From Raillietiella orientalis (Eukaryota), in assembly GCA_036172245.1 (NCBI GenBank), contig JAYWIR010000020.1, positions 868,001 to 932,000 on the forward strand: DNA of 64,000 nucleotides, read 5' to 3'. Shown here piece after piece: positions 39,778 through 52,389 of this stretch (the stretch's first letter is position 1; the number at the start of each line of letters is the position of its first letter). The notes beneath the pieces are model-generated. The model saw only the letters and a program-made list of their open reading frames with translations, made no database searches and was not told where the DNA came from. Made by a program: the position numbers and the translations under genes.

Positions 39778-42700
39778 AAGTTGAGGTCCCTCACGAGTTT
39801 CCTGAGGTGGTTTTCTGTACGGTCAAAGAGACGAAACCAATCACAGGAAACAATAAGCAGGTGAAACACTTTATATAAATTCACACATGGCAAAACATGA
39901 TCAATAAATAGGTTCTCCTACAGTATAGACTGCACCTACAGTACAAAACTCTACCGTGTTTCCACCCGGGCCATTTGTAGGCAATAAAAACCATCGTTCT
40001 GAGCGCTTTCTAGCACTCTAGATTTCTCAAACAACTCTTTTTTATTTGATTTCTCAGAAAGTTTGTTTGCAGTCAGAACATGGATCTACACATTCAGTAT
40101 CCATGGAAGTATCCATAAAATGGATCCTCATGTTTTAAAGCTCTTCGTGTTTCTCGACGGGAGCTACGAAGTTGAGGAATGACCATATTGGAAGAATGCC
40201 GAAGGACTGAATAATGTGATACTTTTCGGAAATTTCTCCGAACCCTTCTGCTGAGTGTGCACTCGGCTACAGGAAGAAAAAATCACGTACAATCCCAGTC
40301 TTGCTTCCTTTGCCATCATCACGGATTCAGGATGGAGGAGTCATCTTTTATTCGTTCGTTTTTACGAGGATTTAAAAACAATTTAACGTTCCTATGAATT
40401 TCGAGGACATTTTCTGAAGCTCCATGGCAGGGACTCGAAGCCAGTATTTTGGAGAATAAGTGGAAACATGATGAGGAATCAGACGGGGAAACCTTCCCAA
40501 ACTGATAACGAGAAGACCAGGACATCCAGCTTCTTGGTCTCATTCAACCACAAGGATTTTAGTGAAACCATCCATAATTCCGAGGCACACTTAAATAGAA
40601 ACGCTTCTAGTGCCGCACAAGCTCAAGTCTACGCCAAAAAGATGTAAGGGACGCGCAACATGATATACACTCCGTGTGTATTGATAATTTGCAATCTCTA
40701 CGGCAGCTCGACATTGGTTCGGTGCGTGAGAGGAACTACGACAGCATTGCTATTAACCTATCATTCTTCTTAGAAGCGTTGCACTGAAGCAGCTTTTGGA
40801 CCCTTCGAGTGATGGAGTCTCAATCAGTTCGGAAACCATCACTTTATTGACCGTCTTTATGATTCCTTCAGAAGACGAGAAGTTGCCTCTTTTCATCCTC
40901 AGATGAATCCCTTGAATATTCGAATGTTTATAGTCATGCATGATGTCTGGAATCTTGAGTTTTGCATGAACCTGTCCATCTTTCCTGTCCATCATCGATG
41001 TCAGCCGAACCACCTGAGAAATGTGGACATTCTAGCAGATTAACGATCTAGCATAGGGAAGCGAACACAGGAAGCGGAAAGGCAGCTTCGCCGTCCGCGA
41101 AGCTTCTGCTGTGAAGTAGCTCCAGCTTCCCTCTGTAACGAAGCAAACACACCGTGCTTCGCGACAACAGAAAGGAGTTTTTACGATCCTGGTTCCTTGT
41201 CCTCCGACACTGGAATTTGAGGAAGCAGGGTTGCGCCATGATGGATGATTGGTTCACACAGAATCGGTTGCATCCGCTTCCTATTCGCGGAGGGCTCTCG
41301 TAGGGTCGAGGTGCAAAATTTCCTTTCTGCTCGTCTGCTGCATTCAGGAAGAGAGTTTGGAACTGGGAGAGGTGCGTTCGAGCGTGGAACAATAAATTCC
41401 ACGATTCCTCCACCGTTTGAATTTCGGAGTGGTCAAATTCAGAGCGGATCCGGCACTTCAGGATGAGTGGCAAAGTCACAAGCTGAACATGCTCGTAGGT
41501 GCTCATGGTCTTTGATGACACGAAGGTTGCAGACCCCTTCCAGCGGATGCGCGTTTGAATGCGAATTGAGTGAAAATCCAGATCGATGAAGACGCTAACA
41601 TCGCTAATAGCCCCGTGAAAAACTGCTTCTCTTCAAATTTTGCAAATTTCTTCGCACTATTCGAGACACAATCAATCAATATGTCACCGAAGACATTTCC
41701 GCTTCGGGTTAGGTGTTGCTCTTATCCGCTAATTCCATTTAGTCTCATGCCCTCCAGGATTTCGACACCAAAAACTTTGATGAAGCAATGATTTGTAAAT
41801 GAACGGATGTTCTGTGGTTAGCGTATCCCTTCATTCATAGATGAATGGACTGAAACGACTGATTCCTAGTCAACACACATACTCAGAATTCCAATTCATC
41901 CCCTGAGTCAGTCTCCCTCATTCTTTCATGTACGCAAACCATATAGGCTTTGCATAAGAGACAGCGGATAACAACGGAAGATTTACAAGTGCCTGAAATG
42001 ATGTTATGAGAAAGAACTTTCCAATGTTTACAATAGAACCCATAAACGTCCCACGAAACATCCTGCGGGTTTAACTTGATGGAATATGGCTTTTTGAGGG
42101 TTCATTGGAAAAAGGTGCCAACTTTGGCTTGATTCCAAAAGAGGAATAAGTGACATCATCTTAAGTGAAAATTGGCAAATCTTAAAATTTCTTACCTTAA
42201 ATAGATTTCGAAAGATAATATTGATTAGATTCGAGGTCTTCCTTGATGATCACTTCATAAACGGCCCGTTTATTTGCGGTCTCCATGCTAATGCTTCTAA
42301 TCTTTAGTAAACTCTAAGATATTCTCAAAGATTTTACATTTGTATCTCGCAGAAAATCAGAAAAATCAGGAAAGGAGAAAATTGGACATCAATTGGTAAC
42401 ACAACTGTATGAATGCGAAGCAAAAGCAAAATAGATCGTAGCTGTGGTATGCGGATATTCTGAGATATCCGCATACCTTGAATAATGTATATGAAACCGT
42501 ACTTGATAATGATGGGAATAGCTTATCGCATTATAAACATAAGCCCACATCTATGATTACATGGAAAACGTCGAGCAAAATTTCAAAAAGTGGATAATAA
42601 CAAGCATCGACAGTGCTGCTATGTATTGCTATCATGCATTCATTGAGATCAACATAAACACAGCATAACTTTATTGCAATCGAAGTCGCAGTTAAGCTTT

Positions 42701-44262
42701 TTTATCGGGAAATATATTTCTATTTAAGCTGCATGCTATAGAAACCCCACAAGAAACATTGCTTCTATGGACTGAACAAGAAGGATGTAGAGCGTTCAAA
42801 TAGGGAGGCTCCTTTCGGCACTTGATTGCAAGATTACCCAATGCAATTGTGTTCCACTCTCTTAACACAAAGATGCATCGAAAGAGTTTTTCTAGAGATG
42901 AGAGAGGGTTGCGGATTCTACGGTGACATTACTTCTAATTGCTAATCCATACTGGAGACTTTTCAGACGCTAAAGAATTTTAGAACAATTATCTATAAAG
43001 ACAAAGACAGAGCCTCGAGACTGCCATATCCTTGAGAAGAAAAGAGTATTACTGACCAGCAGTGGGCATCAGCAGACTGGCAGTTGGTCTGTATCACCAG
43101 CTGATATTAAACCAGTGCTTCTTTTATACCCTAACTCAAATCAAAAGTAATAATGGGAACAAAAATAAGTAAGAATTCATGCCTATCTCTAAGGTACTAA
43201 CAATTCTGTAGGTATCTACATTTTCTCAAATGATAACGGAAAAGAGTTTTTGAAATAAATGATACGCAGAAAGGAACGTTTGTGTGAACATAGTAAAGAA
43301 GTGGCCAAATAAATGTAAAGCTATCAGTTTCTTCTAAGGAATCAGCCGAGCTCCTGCTTTCGTTTCCTAAACTAGTTCCTCTCTGCTCCACAAATGTCAG
43401 ATTGCTGGTTATCTTGAAGAGCACATGAACGACTCAAGTAATAAGTACAAACATGCTGAGGACTTTAACTTCTTTCGAGTTTCCTAACAGATTTTGGAGG
43501 CAAAGAGGGAATCTTTGCATGATGATTCAATTTCACGTAACCACATGTTTCAGATGGTTGCTGCAAATTCTGCAATTTATGCTTTCAGAAACAGAATGCA
43601 GATGCTAGGTTTGAGAAGTCTGGAGAGAACCTTCCCTATACAAACGAAATTCACAAAGACCAGGTTTTGAATAGCTGAAGGCTGAGAAATAGGCAGGAAA
43701 ACAGTCACGGGATTAGGTCTTGAGAACTACTTCGACATATGAACTTGGGAGCTGCAAGCCCGGAGCAAGCTACGAAAGAGAACGATTCAAAATACAATGA
43801 AATTTCAAACGCGCAGATAATCGAGAGTTGAAATAATCTTATCGTGGTTCATTTTCGAAAAATTCCTTCCTTGTAATCAAATTCCCCAGATTTTTTTGAA
43901 TCGTCTCCCTAGTTTAAACTCTTAGAATGAATCGGCACCAAACATGACTAAATATGCACCCTGTTTGCACGAGTATTCTGAAGTGCTACGTAAATACCGC
44001 ATAAAATCATTTCTCACTCAGTGTAGCGATTATCCCTTGTGATCAAGGAATGATAAATTAAGATCTGCAAGTCATTTTCACTTTTGGTTTCTCATTTGAG
44101 ATGCATCCAGTGAAATAAAAGCTAAATAATTCTATCAAGACTCGATTCATCCCGTCCTCGTATTCTATAAATCTCCTTTCGCAGTTAGCCACATGCTTTG
44201 TATTTGTACTAATGGCCAATAAAGAAGGTATTAAACAATTTTTCTAGAATACTTCCTCATTA

Positions 44263-45567
44263 TCATGGGTTCTTTGCTGGCTGTCCGCAACTCTTGCAAA
44301 ATCAAAAGGAAATGAGGAATCCACATTCTTCTTCTCCGGATCCTTGCGCGGCTACGCACATGTTCCCCGATGTCCCAGTCTGGGATTACAGGAAGAGGAT
44401 TGTAGATCACATAAATGTAACAAATGCTAATACATGGACCTATCTCCTTCTTCATCGGGATTGTGTTTCTTGGATTAAAATCCTTGGCATCCTGAAACAA
44501 GGGAAAAGACGAAGATCTAGAATCCATTTTTCTTTTTGTAGACATGAAATATTAATTAAGTTACATCAAATTTCATTTATCAGTTTGCCATACCTCGAAG
44601 TCGTATGTTATAAGCATCCGACATATTTCTTGCTCGACATCTCCAATTTTGTCTTGGTTTTAGAAAAGGAAGAAAACAAAAATCACCCTTTCCATTAACA
44701 GATACCAAAGTAGTAGTGCAGTTCAAACGTTACAAGCAAATTTTTCCGGAAGCTCTTCACGTATGACTTGCGAATCCGAGTCTTCATTAAAAACATTGAG
44801 CGCTCTGCAATATTTTTGGAGTACAATTTTCGTATTTTGTTTTCATCAAATCAATTACTCACCGTAACATAGATCTCTAAGTTTGATAGAAATCAATCCA
44901 ATTTAAAAAATCTTGCCTTTTGTATGCTGCTTTTTTTTTCCCAAATTAATGGAGAATTGCTCTAAGAACATAAATAGCCATTATGAAAAACAATAAAAAA
45001 TATCTCAAAAGCATTAGACTTCCTCGATTAAATTTTTTTAAATGGTGAGAGATTAATTTTTAAAGGAAACAGCTAACACTGATTTACATCGTCAAAACAT
45101 CCAAGTCAAAATTAGTCTCGACAAAAATCAGCGTAAATGGCAAAACAATAGTTACAAAACATAAAGAATTTAGGCTGCAAGAAACAGAATTGTAAACAAT
45201 TCTATAATTCTATCCAGAGTATTCAAGTTTTGCATAAAATACAACAAGAACTCTCATAGTAATAAACAAGAATTCAAGAATCTGTAATGAAAAATGAAAT
45301 GTATGTGCAATAGTGACATCAGCAATTGAAAACCATCCATGTCGGAGATTATCCAAATAACTAACAATTATAGGTAATAAATTACGAACTTTAATTCCAT
45401 TCTTGTAAATCGTTACTTGTAAATTAGGAACATTTTTAACCTCAGAGAATTCCAGGAAGCGATATTTTTTCCCCCAGCTTTGACCTCTTTTGCAAAAGAT
45501 TGGCAAATTTACGTAAGTGAAGTTACTGGCAAACCTGCTGGTTACTTGGGTGATGTTGAGATCCCAT
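44263..45567 (-). CDS. Predicted small-exon orphan gene, 9 exons, ~142 aa, N-terminal hydrophobic segment, possibly cystatin-fold
   Basis: Exons 45567-45546, 45486-45441, 45174-45088, 44876-44863, 44804-44706, 44652-44594, 44491-44440, 44379-44360 and 44292-44263. All eight GT-AG junctions are phase-compatible, five introns are 53-67 nt like those of neighbouring genes, and the frame ends TGA TAA TGA. The first two exons are least certain. No homologue recognised with confidence. Confidence 0.6.
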
Positions 45568-46652
45568 TGGGTTCGATGAAACACAATATACAGAGGTCAA
45601 TCGAATTGACTTCTCTAAGAACTTGAGATATATAACGGTATGAACTTAACTGTATGAACTAATTTTCTATGAATAATGCTTCTGAAAGCATACATCGCTT
45701 CTCGGCCTTTTGGCTAAGATCAAAGTGTAGCATACTTCTATAATTTTCTCGAGTTTACAAAAAAAACAAATATTTTTAAAATCTGAGGTGAAGAAAATAC
45801 TTTTGTTACAGAAATTCTTAAAGTTTCCAGAATTAAACAACGTGTTTGCTGTATGACTTGCAGGAGATAACGGCATGAGCATGCTGCGATCGAAGCCGTT
45901 CAAATTGCTAACTGAAGCATGTTAATCATGCAATCGATGTTAATAACCGATTACTATACTTCAGCATTTCGAATGCCTGTAATGCGTTAACAGGGCCAAA
46001 GCAGTAAATTAAACCAGGGACTAATAAACGCATTTCCACGAGACTTGAAAAGTCCTGTCATTCACAGGACTTTTCAACACAGACACTTAATAGCCAATAA
46101 TCTCATGGACCAACAGGTACAGAATTCACAAATACGTGTTTCCAGTTAGTCCGAGTAATCTCTACTCTGAGATAATTCAAAACACTCCTGCTTCTCTCAG
46201 AATATCCACATGGGACCACGCTATCTTTCCTGTTCTGTATCACAAATTAAAAATTTCTGTGAATTTCAGTACTCAAGCATTTATGGGAATTTATGTCCAT
46301 AGAAAATTCATATTGTTTATGTTTCTGTTTCTTGTTTTGTCTTGTTTTTCTGTTCCAATTTTTCCAGTTGAGTGATACGTGTATTGCTAGACCTTCATTT
46401 CATGGTTATTAGAAAATAATTTCATTTTCATTCTTTTTCCAATCATGTCACTTCATGATTGGCTTCATCGTTTTCATTATTTAGTACCAGAAGTCAAGTC
46501 TAAAAAGAAAAGTTTGAGAAATATGTTCGTAACTAGGCAATCTTTGTTTTTTCGAGTATATCTTCACTTGGTATTCGTTCATTCTTTGTTGAATAATTGG
46601 CAAATCGATACAAAATAATAACTGATATTATATAAAATGATATGCATTTCTT

Positions 46653-46658
46653 TTTATT
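46653..46658 (-). terminator. Polyadenylation signal AATAAA of eIF2A
   Basis: Plus-strand tttatt about 90 nt downstream of the stop codon. Confidence 0.6.
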
Positions 46659-46747
46659 CATGTCTGTGAGACATAGTCATTATACATAAGAACTGCAGTC
46701 AATTGTACATAAAACTGGTATCGAATGCTTTAATAATTCATATTCAA

Positions 46748-49700
46748 TTATGCCAATCGAAGGCTATCCAATTCTTCAAGAAGGTCCTTTTCTCTAGCAA
46801 TTTTGTTAACTTGATCTACATCTAACTGCTTGCCTTGTTTGAGCTCTTCTTTAAGCTTACTGATTTGTTCCAATTTCTGAAAATCCAAGATACGTTAAAT
46901 TAAAATGGTCAAAATAGGAACCTTTCGAATGTTTCTTGCTTTTTTCTGGGCACTATTACTATCTAGTTCTACTGGGGGTGGTGTGGCTGATTCTGTATCT
47001 GGTTCTGCATTATGACTTGCATGCAACAATCGTGCTTTCCTTGCCTCCTTTTTCTTTTTATTTTTCAAAGTATTAGGCTTTATAGAGACTAAAGATTCAA
47101 ATAGAAACCAGGCAAATTTAAGCTATGGTAATGTATACCTTCGTTTTCTTTAGCTAATGCCAGTCTTGCTCGAGCTGCTGGTGTCAAATAAACTTCTTTG
47201 GGAGCTGTGATAGATCAATGATATTACTCCCACATATATATATATATATCCTTGCTCACTCACCAACAGTGACAACAGGCTTAGTTTCATCAATGATGGG
47301 AGGCTGATAAGTGCCAGGAGGCACAGGTCTCCAGCAAACTTGAAATAAATTTTTTGATGCACACCAAGGTTTGGTATGTGTCAGTAAGCCCGTATGGTGC
47401 CAAACTTTGAATCCATTATCCATGCGCAATCGTGGTGCCAATGTTGCAGTTAAAAAACACTTTCCTGATGGATCCCATTCTAGTGAAATAGTATCAGGAG
47501 CTTCCATTTGTGAAATCATTTTTCTTTCTTTCACGTTCCACACTTCCATCAATCCATTTAGACTGCCAAAGCCACAAAGCACCAACAGTATTAAGTTAAG
47601 ATACACCATGTGTCACTTATCAGTAAAAGGATATTGTTTCCAAATGGATTGTAGTGAACCTCATTTCTGGAACCTATCCCAAATGTGGCGATGGGTTTAG
47701 TTGATAAATTAAACAATGTGGCAGAAGATGGAAAAGTGCCATAAACAACACAGAATTCTAATCCAGATGGATTCCATTCCACAGCATGAATGGGTCCTGA
47801 CTTGTCTAGAACTCCGACTATACAGTACTTATCAATCAATCAAACAAGTACCTAAACATAAGATTATGCTTAATCCATCAACTGAGGCTACATGCAGCAT
47901 TTCTTCACCATAGTAGCAAGAATTGGATTTTTCTACATAAACAAGGATGAGTACAGTAGTACCTAAACTATTCCACTTCAAACAGACACTATCGACCTGC
48001 AAAAAAAATCCTTGTCCTGAAAAACCTACAAACACTTTTACGTACATTCACACAACTTGCATCAATCTGTCCATTGAATTTCGATACTATATATTATAAA
48101 CTTTTAAAATACAAGAGATGCCACAGGCTTTAAGAAAACAAAGTTATAGAAAAACTATTAGACACTTGGTTTGGCATATTTCACTGGAGTATCAACAACA
48201 ATGCTTCTTTCAAATCACCTTGAAAATATCAATAAAATAAAATAAAAGTATACAAATCATCTCAACAAAACAAATCCACTGATCTGCACTGATCATTCAC
48301 ATTAATCTGATGGTTTCTTTCAGTTTAATTTGTGGAATCAGATAAAATAAAATTGAAAACTGCACATTTGAACTGCATGTGGTATTAAGATATTTGTGAC
48401 AGAATTTGTGGCTCTGGCTCATAAAAATGATTAAGTGTCAAAAACTTAAAACCAAGACAAACTGTTCATTTGATAGCATATATAAGACAAGCAGAGAAAA
48501 TTCACAAGCTAAAATTAAACAAAATTCTCAGGAATATCTGAATTATTAATGTCACTGCAATGTACACAATCTAATCTTTAAAATACAGTTTCAGAACAAA
48601 TTTAATCACAAAATTCAAATGCAATGCCATTACATGCATATGAAATAAGATTGCACTTTAACACAAAGAACCAAAAGCAAACTTGCACACAAAGTTTTTC
48701 TCAGAGTACTTTCCTAATTTGAATTTTTTCTTATCTTATTTTGTAACTTTAACCCCCTACAATAATTCGCATTTATCCATCATTTCATTTGTGTGTATTT
48801 TCCTGTATTGTTGCAAACATGCCAAATGTGCACTAATAAAAAATTATAAAAAAATCATCAAACATCAGTTATGTAATAAGAGCTGATACTAATATAGAAA
48901 CACGGAAAAAAATACATCTTTCCAATATAATTCTTTATCATTGTATTTTGGCAGTAAACAAATTAAGTTTGAAAATTTTACACAAATAAGCTTGTCTCAA
49001 ACCATGCTCTACAATATTCACTCTTGATATTTCATTATTTTCTGTTAAAGTGTTTGAAAGTAAAAACTGGGCAAGCAGTTAAAGTCTTAGAACTGTTTAA
49101 AATGTATCACTATGTAAACTGGCTAAAAGTTGTGTGTTCAGATTAAAAGGAATAAATAAAGCAATGCGAAACAATTTCGTGAATTACAATACAAAGGCGT
49201 TATTTTTGTGAAGAAAAATAAAAACTTTGTAATTTTTGCTATATTTACATAAAGTTTTCACATTATTGAAGTGAAAACAGCAGATACTGGGTAAATGTAT
49301 ATTTTTAATGAAGTTCTGTAGTCATTCAATCCTCTATTCATTAGGAATGCATTCATTTTCTATGATTACTTTTTTTACTCATGCAATTATCATGATAGAG
49401 CAAAATTAGCATAAAGTCGTACACATCAATACACAACTAATAACCTTAAAGAAATTTCTGCTAGCTGCAATGGTTGGCTCAGATTTTCCATCTGCCCACT
49501 TATAAAGCCTGACACCAGAAGGCTGGGATTTGACACCTAGAATCAAAATGATACATTTGAAAAAGTATCAAACAATTAACCTTTCATAAAACAAGCAACA
49601 CAAAGAGAAGGCATAGGGGATACTGAAATACTATCCAATTTTGGGAGTGCTATTTTCTGAAGAGGATGGAGTAAATCTTGACCATCATAAACAAAGAAAT

Positions 49701-51067
49701 CATCTTTTATTTTTCGAACACAGAATCTTTCATCATCAGTCCACTGTGGTTCCCTAAAACAGTTATATGTTAAATTTAAATAAACAAATATAAACCAATA
49801 CAAAAAATCATTTGTAACAAGAACTTTAAGCAGATATGGTAATCATGTTCATTTGAACCAAAAAAAAAAAAAGTGTTCTACTTAATGATCCCAATGTAAC
49901 AGCTACTTTTTAAATGTTGCGTTCAGTCACACCACATATAATTTCAGTTGTAGTTTTTTGATCTCTTAACAGCAATGGGTAAAAAGTTTGAAGTCAACTA
50001 TAGGGAACCAATGAACAAAATGGTAGCAGACATATGATAGGGAAAAATATGTATATACATTGAACATAAAATCTTTTATAAACTTGTCTATTTTATGCTT
50101 TTCAAGATTAAACACATATCTCAATTAAACACTGAAACTTGTGTGTTTAAGACACACAAGATTAAGATTAAGATTTTCTAGTGTCTTCAGAAACTGTTTT
50201 CATTTATTAATGGAATCCTTTTTTCAGGTGTTTCAGAACAAAATTTATTATAAAAGGGAAAGGTACATTTCTCCTTCAATTCAACTGAGGGAAATCATTC
50301 AAAAACTATATTCACTTCATACTAAGAAAACAGGGATTACTTAAAATACATATTTACAAAATAGGAGGGAATAATTTTCTAAATGCTAGGATACAAGTAA
50401 AGCAGTTTAAATACCAGTTATTCACATCTTTTTGAGATAATGATGCAAACGTCTTCTTCTTTCTGACATCCCAAAGCTCGAGATTTGAACATGCTTTTGT
50501 ATTCGTAGCTTAAAACATTTATAAGAACACATTTCTTGATATCAGCATTTTGCTTTATATACCTATTTTATATGGAGAAAAAGCAGCCAGTATGCTAGAT
50601 TTCGGTGAGAATTTCAACTGAGACACATCTACTTTTTCCAATTCATACACAGAATCAAATGGTTTCTTTGCATGGATTATCTTGACACTAAAATAAACAA
50701 TTTGCAATAATACAATTCTAAGAGCTAACAATGCATCCACCAACTACCTTTTAGAATCTGAATAAGAGAAAAACTCGCCATTCCTTGAAAATGTCATGCA
50801 TGTAATGCCCACTGAGAACTTGCTACAAGAAAAGCGAGCAACTTCTTCCATAGTATTACTTGCCAAAAAATAGATATTCCCATTATCTCTAGCTAAAGGT
50901 AGAGCAAAGAACACTTCTTGAACAGTCAATCCAATTGGTTATCAACAGTACCAAATTCATATTCAATACACAGTTCAAAAAGAATATAAAGCACAATTTC
51001 TCAACATTAACTGTTGAATATGGCTTCAGACAAATTTACCTGCAATCAGTACGTCAGATGCATCCAT
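46748..51067 (-). CDS. EIF2A: Eukaryotic translation initiation factor 2A, 12 coding exons, 552 aa
   Basis: Exons 51067-51040, 50892-50748, 50687-50563, 50508-50415, 49753-49581, 49536-49445, 47996-47852, 47805-47635, 47587-47264, 47204-47139, 47088-46922 and 46876-46748 total 1659 nt in frame. Diagnostic motifs: WEPQWTDDE, NFFKVD, YYGE, GPIHAVEWNP, CVVYG, GSRNEVHYNPFG, LCGFGSLNG, FLTATLAPRLRMDNGFKVWHHTG, and a C-terminal coiled coil RNIRKKLEQISKLK. Confidence 0.96.
47588..47634 (-). other. U12-type (minor spliceosome) AT-AC intron 8 of eIF2A, 47 nt
   Basis: 5' site ATATCCTTT, branch site TATCTTAAC, 3' end AC. Removing it restores the frame NPFGN-M-LVLCGFG. Confidence 0.92.
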
Positions 51068-52389
51068 AATTAACACTGAATTTTGCACACAACGGATACA
51101 AATAGCCTCTGTAACTTATACATGTCCAACAAGATCAATTGTCAGTTTTGCAAATTTCTCCCCAGTATGCTGCAATTCAATTTATGATTCATCATTATTC
51201 CTAGAACTCCATACATTTTCTGCACATCTACGTTTCGAGTCTGTACATTCGATATTGAACCGTTACATCAAGGCAACTTATCCATTGCGGGTCTATGCAG
51301 CAAAATAGCAAAACTTTTTTTACCAGCTACGACAGTATGTTCCAAAAATTCAGATAACCAACTACTTGAAGACACATGTCTAAACAGGAGTGCCAACTCA
51401 AGAAACTAGTCAGCATAACAAGTCTGCCTTCTCAAATCCGTTTACATACACTTTAGAATACAAATATCAGTATGATATAATAATCCAGTATTCAAAAAAG
51501 ACGCTTTTAGCATACTATTTGCGACTGGAGGTGCCTTGCAGCAAGAGCAATAAACGATACATCTGCAAGCTAGCATGGTCCATAGCATGCAGCCAAAGCC
51601 CTCTCCCTGAATTACTCCAGAGGTGTCTACATTTGGAAAATCGAATAATATAAAGACATATGACTAACAAAATAGCAGAGGCTGCTTGAATCCGCGTAAA
51701 GAAACAATAGTTTATCTTCCACGAAATCCTTCATAAAGCCATTATTTCTGGATACCAATATTGCAAGACCTGAATACCACAATCCCATCCAACTATGGCA
51801 AAACGTAAACAAAAAGGCAGAAGTTGCCAACAGACTTAACACTTTCTGCAAATTGCGATGCATACACTGAACTTCTCATCTCAAGAAGTAACACGGACAA
51901 AGCATGCCTTCTTTCATGTGAAATTACAAAAAGGTTCCGCATCCAATTCGTATACAGTGTTTGAGTCTCCAGGATACGATCAACACTTAACCCCCATACC
52001 AGTGGCAGCGCACGCAGCTCTGGTCCCGAGATCGAGAGGCATCGCTTCCCGTCCTTCCTCTCTTGCAAAGAAAGCGACCAGTGGAAACGACAAATTCGTC
52101 TACTTTCATGCCTTTCCCGGAGAAAACCGCACCTTTTTCCAACGAAGAAAAGCGATCGAATGAAAAGAGTCCCCACCGAGGAGAGCACACGTCACTCCAG
52201 CAGTAATCAAACTTCTTCCGAGCCAAAACAAGAAGAAAAAGAAGCCAGTTTCGAGGTCCGGTAGTCGTAGATTCGCTTCGACACCTCGCAGCTGGGAGGG
52301 GATAGGGGGAGGAAGCTTCCGGGAACGCGACGACGTTGCTGGTCGTACACTTGCTCACGCCGAAGGCCAAACATCGCTTGATCATCAGC

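Noticed and set aside
40900..41015. piggyBac-like fragment RKDGQVHAKLKIPDIMHDYK
   Set aside because: The expected YN..MGGVD continuation, other catalytic motifs, TIRs and TTAA sites are absent.
44917..44961. Extra exon for the orphan gene using a GC donor
   Set aside because: It needs a ~40-nt GC-AG intron and is phase-incompatible with the neighbouring exons.
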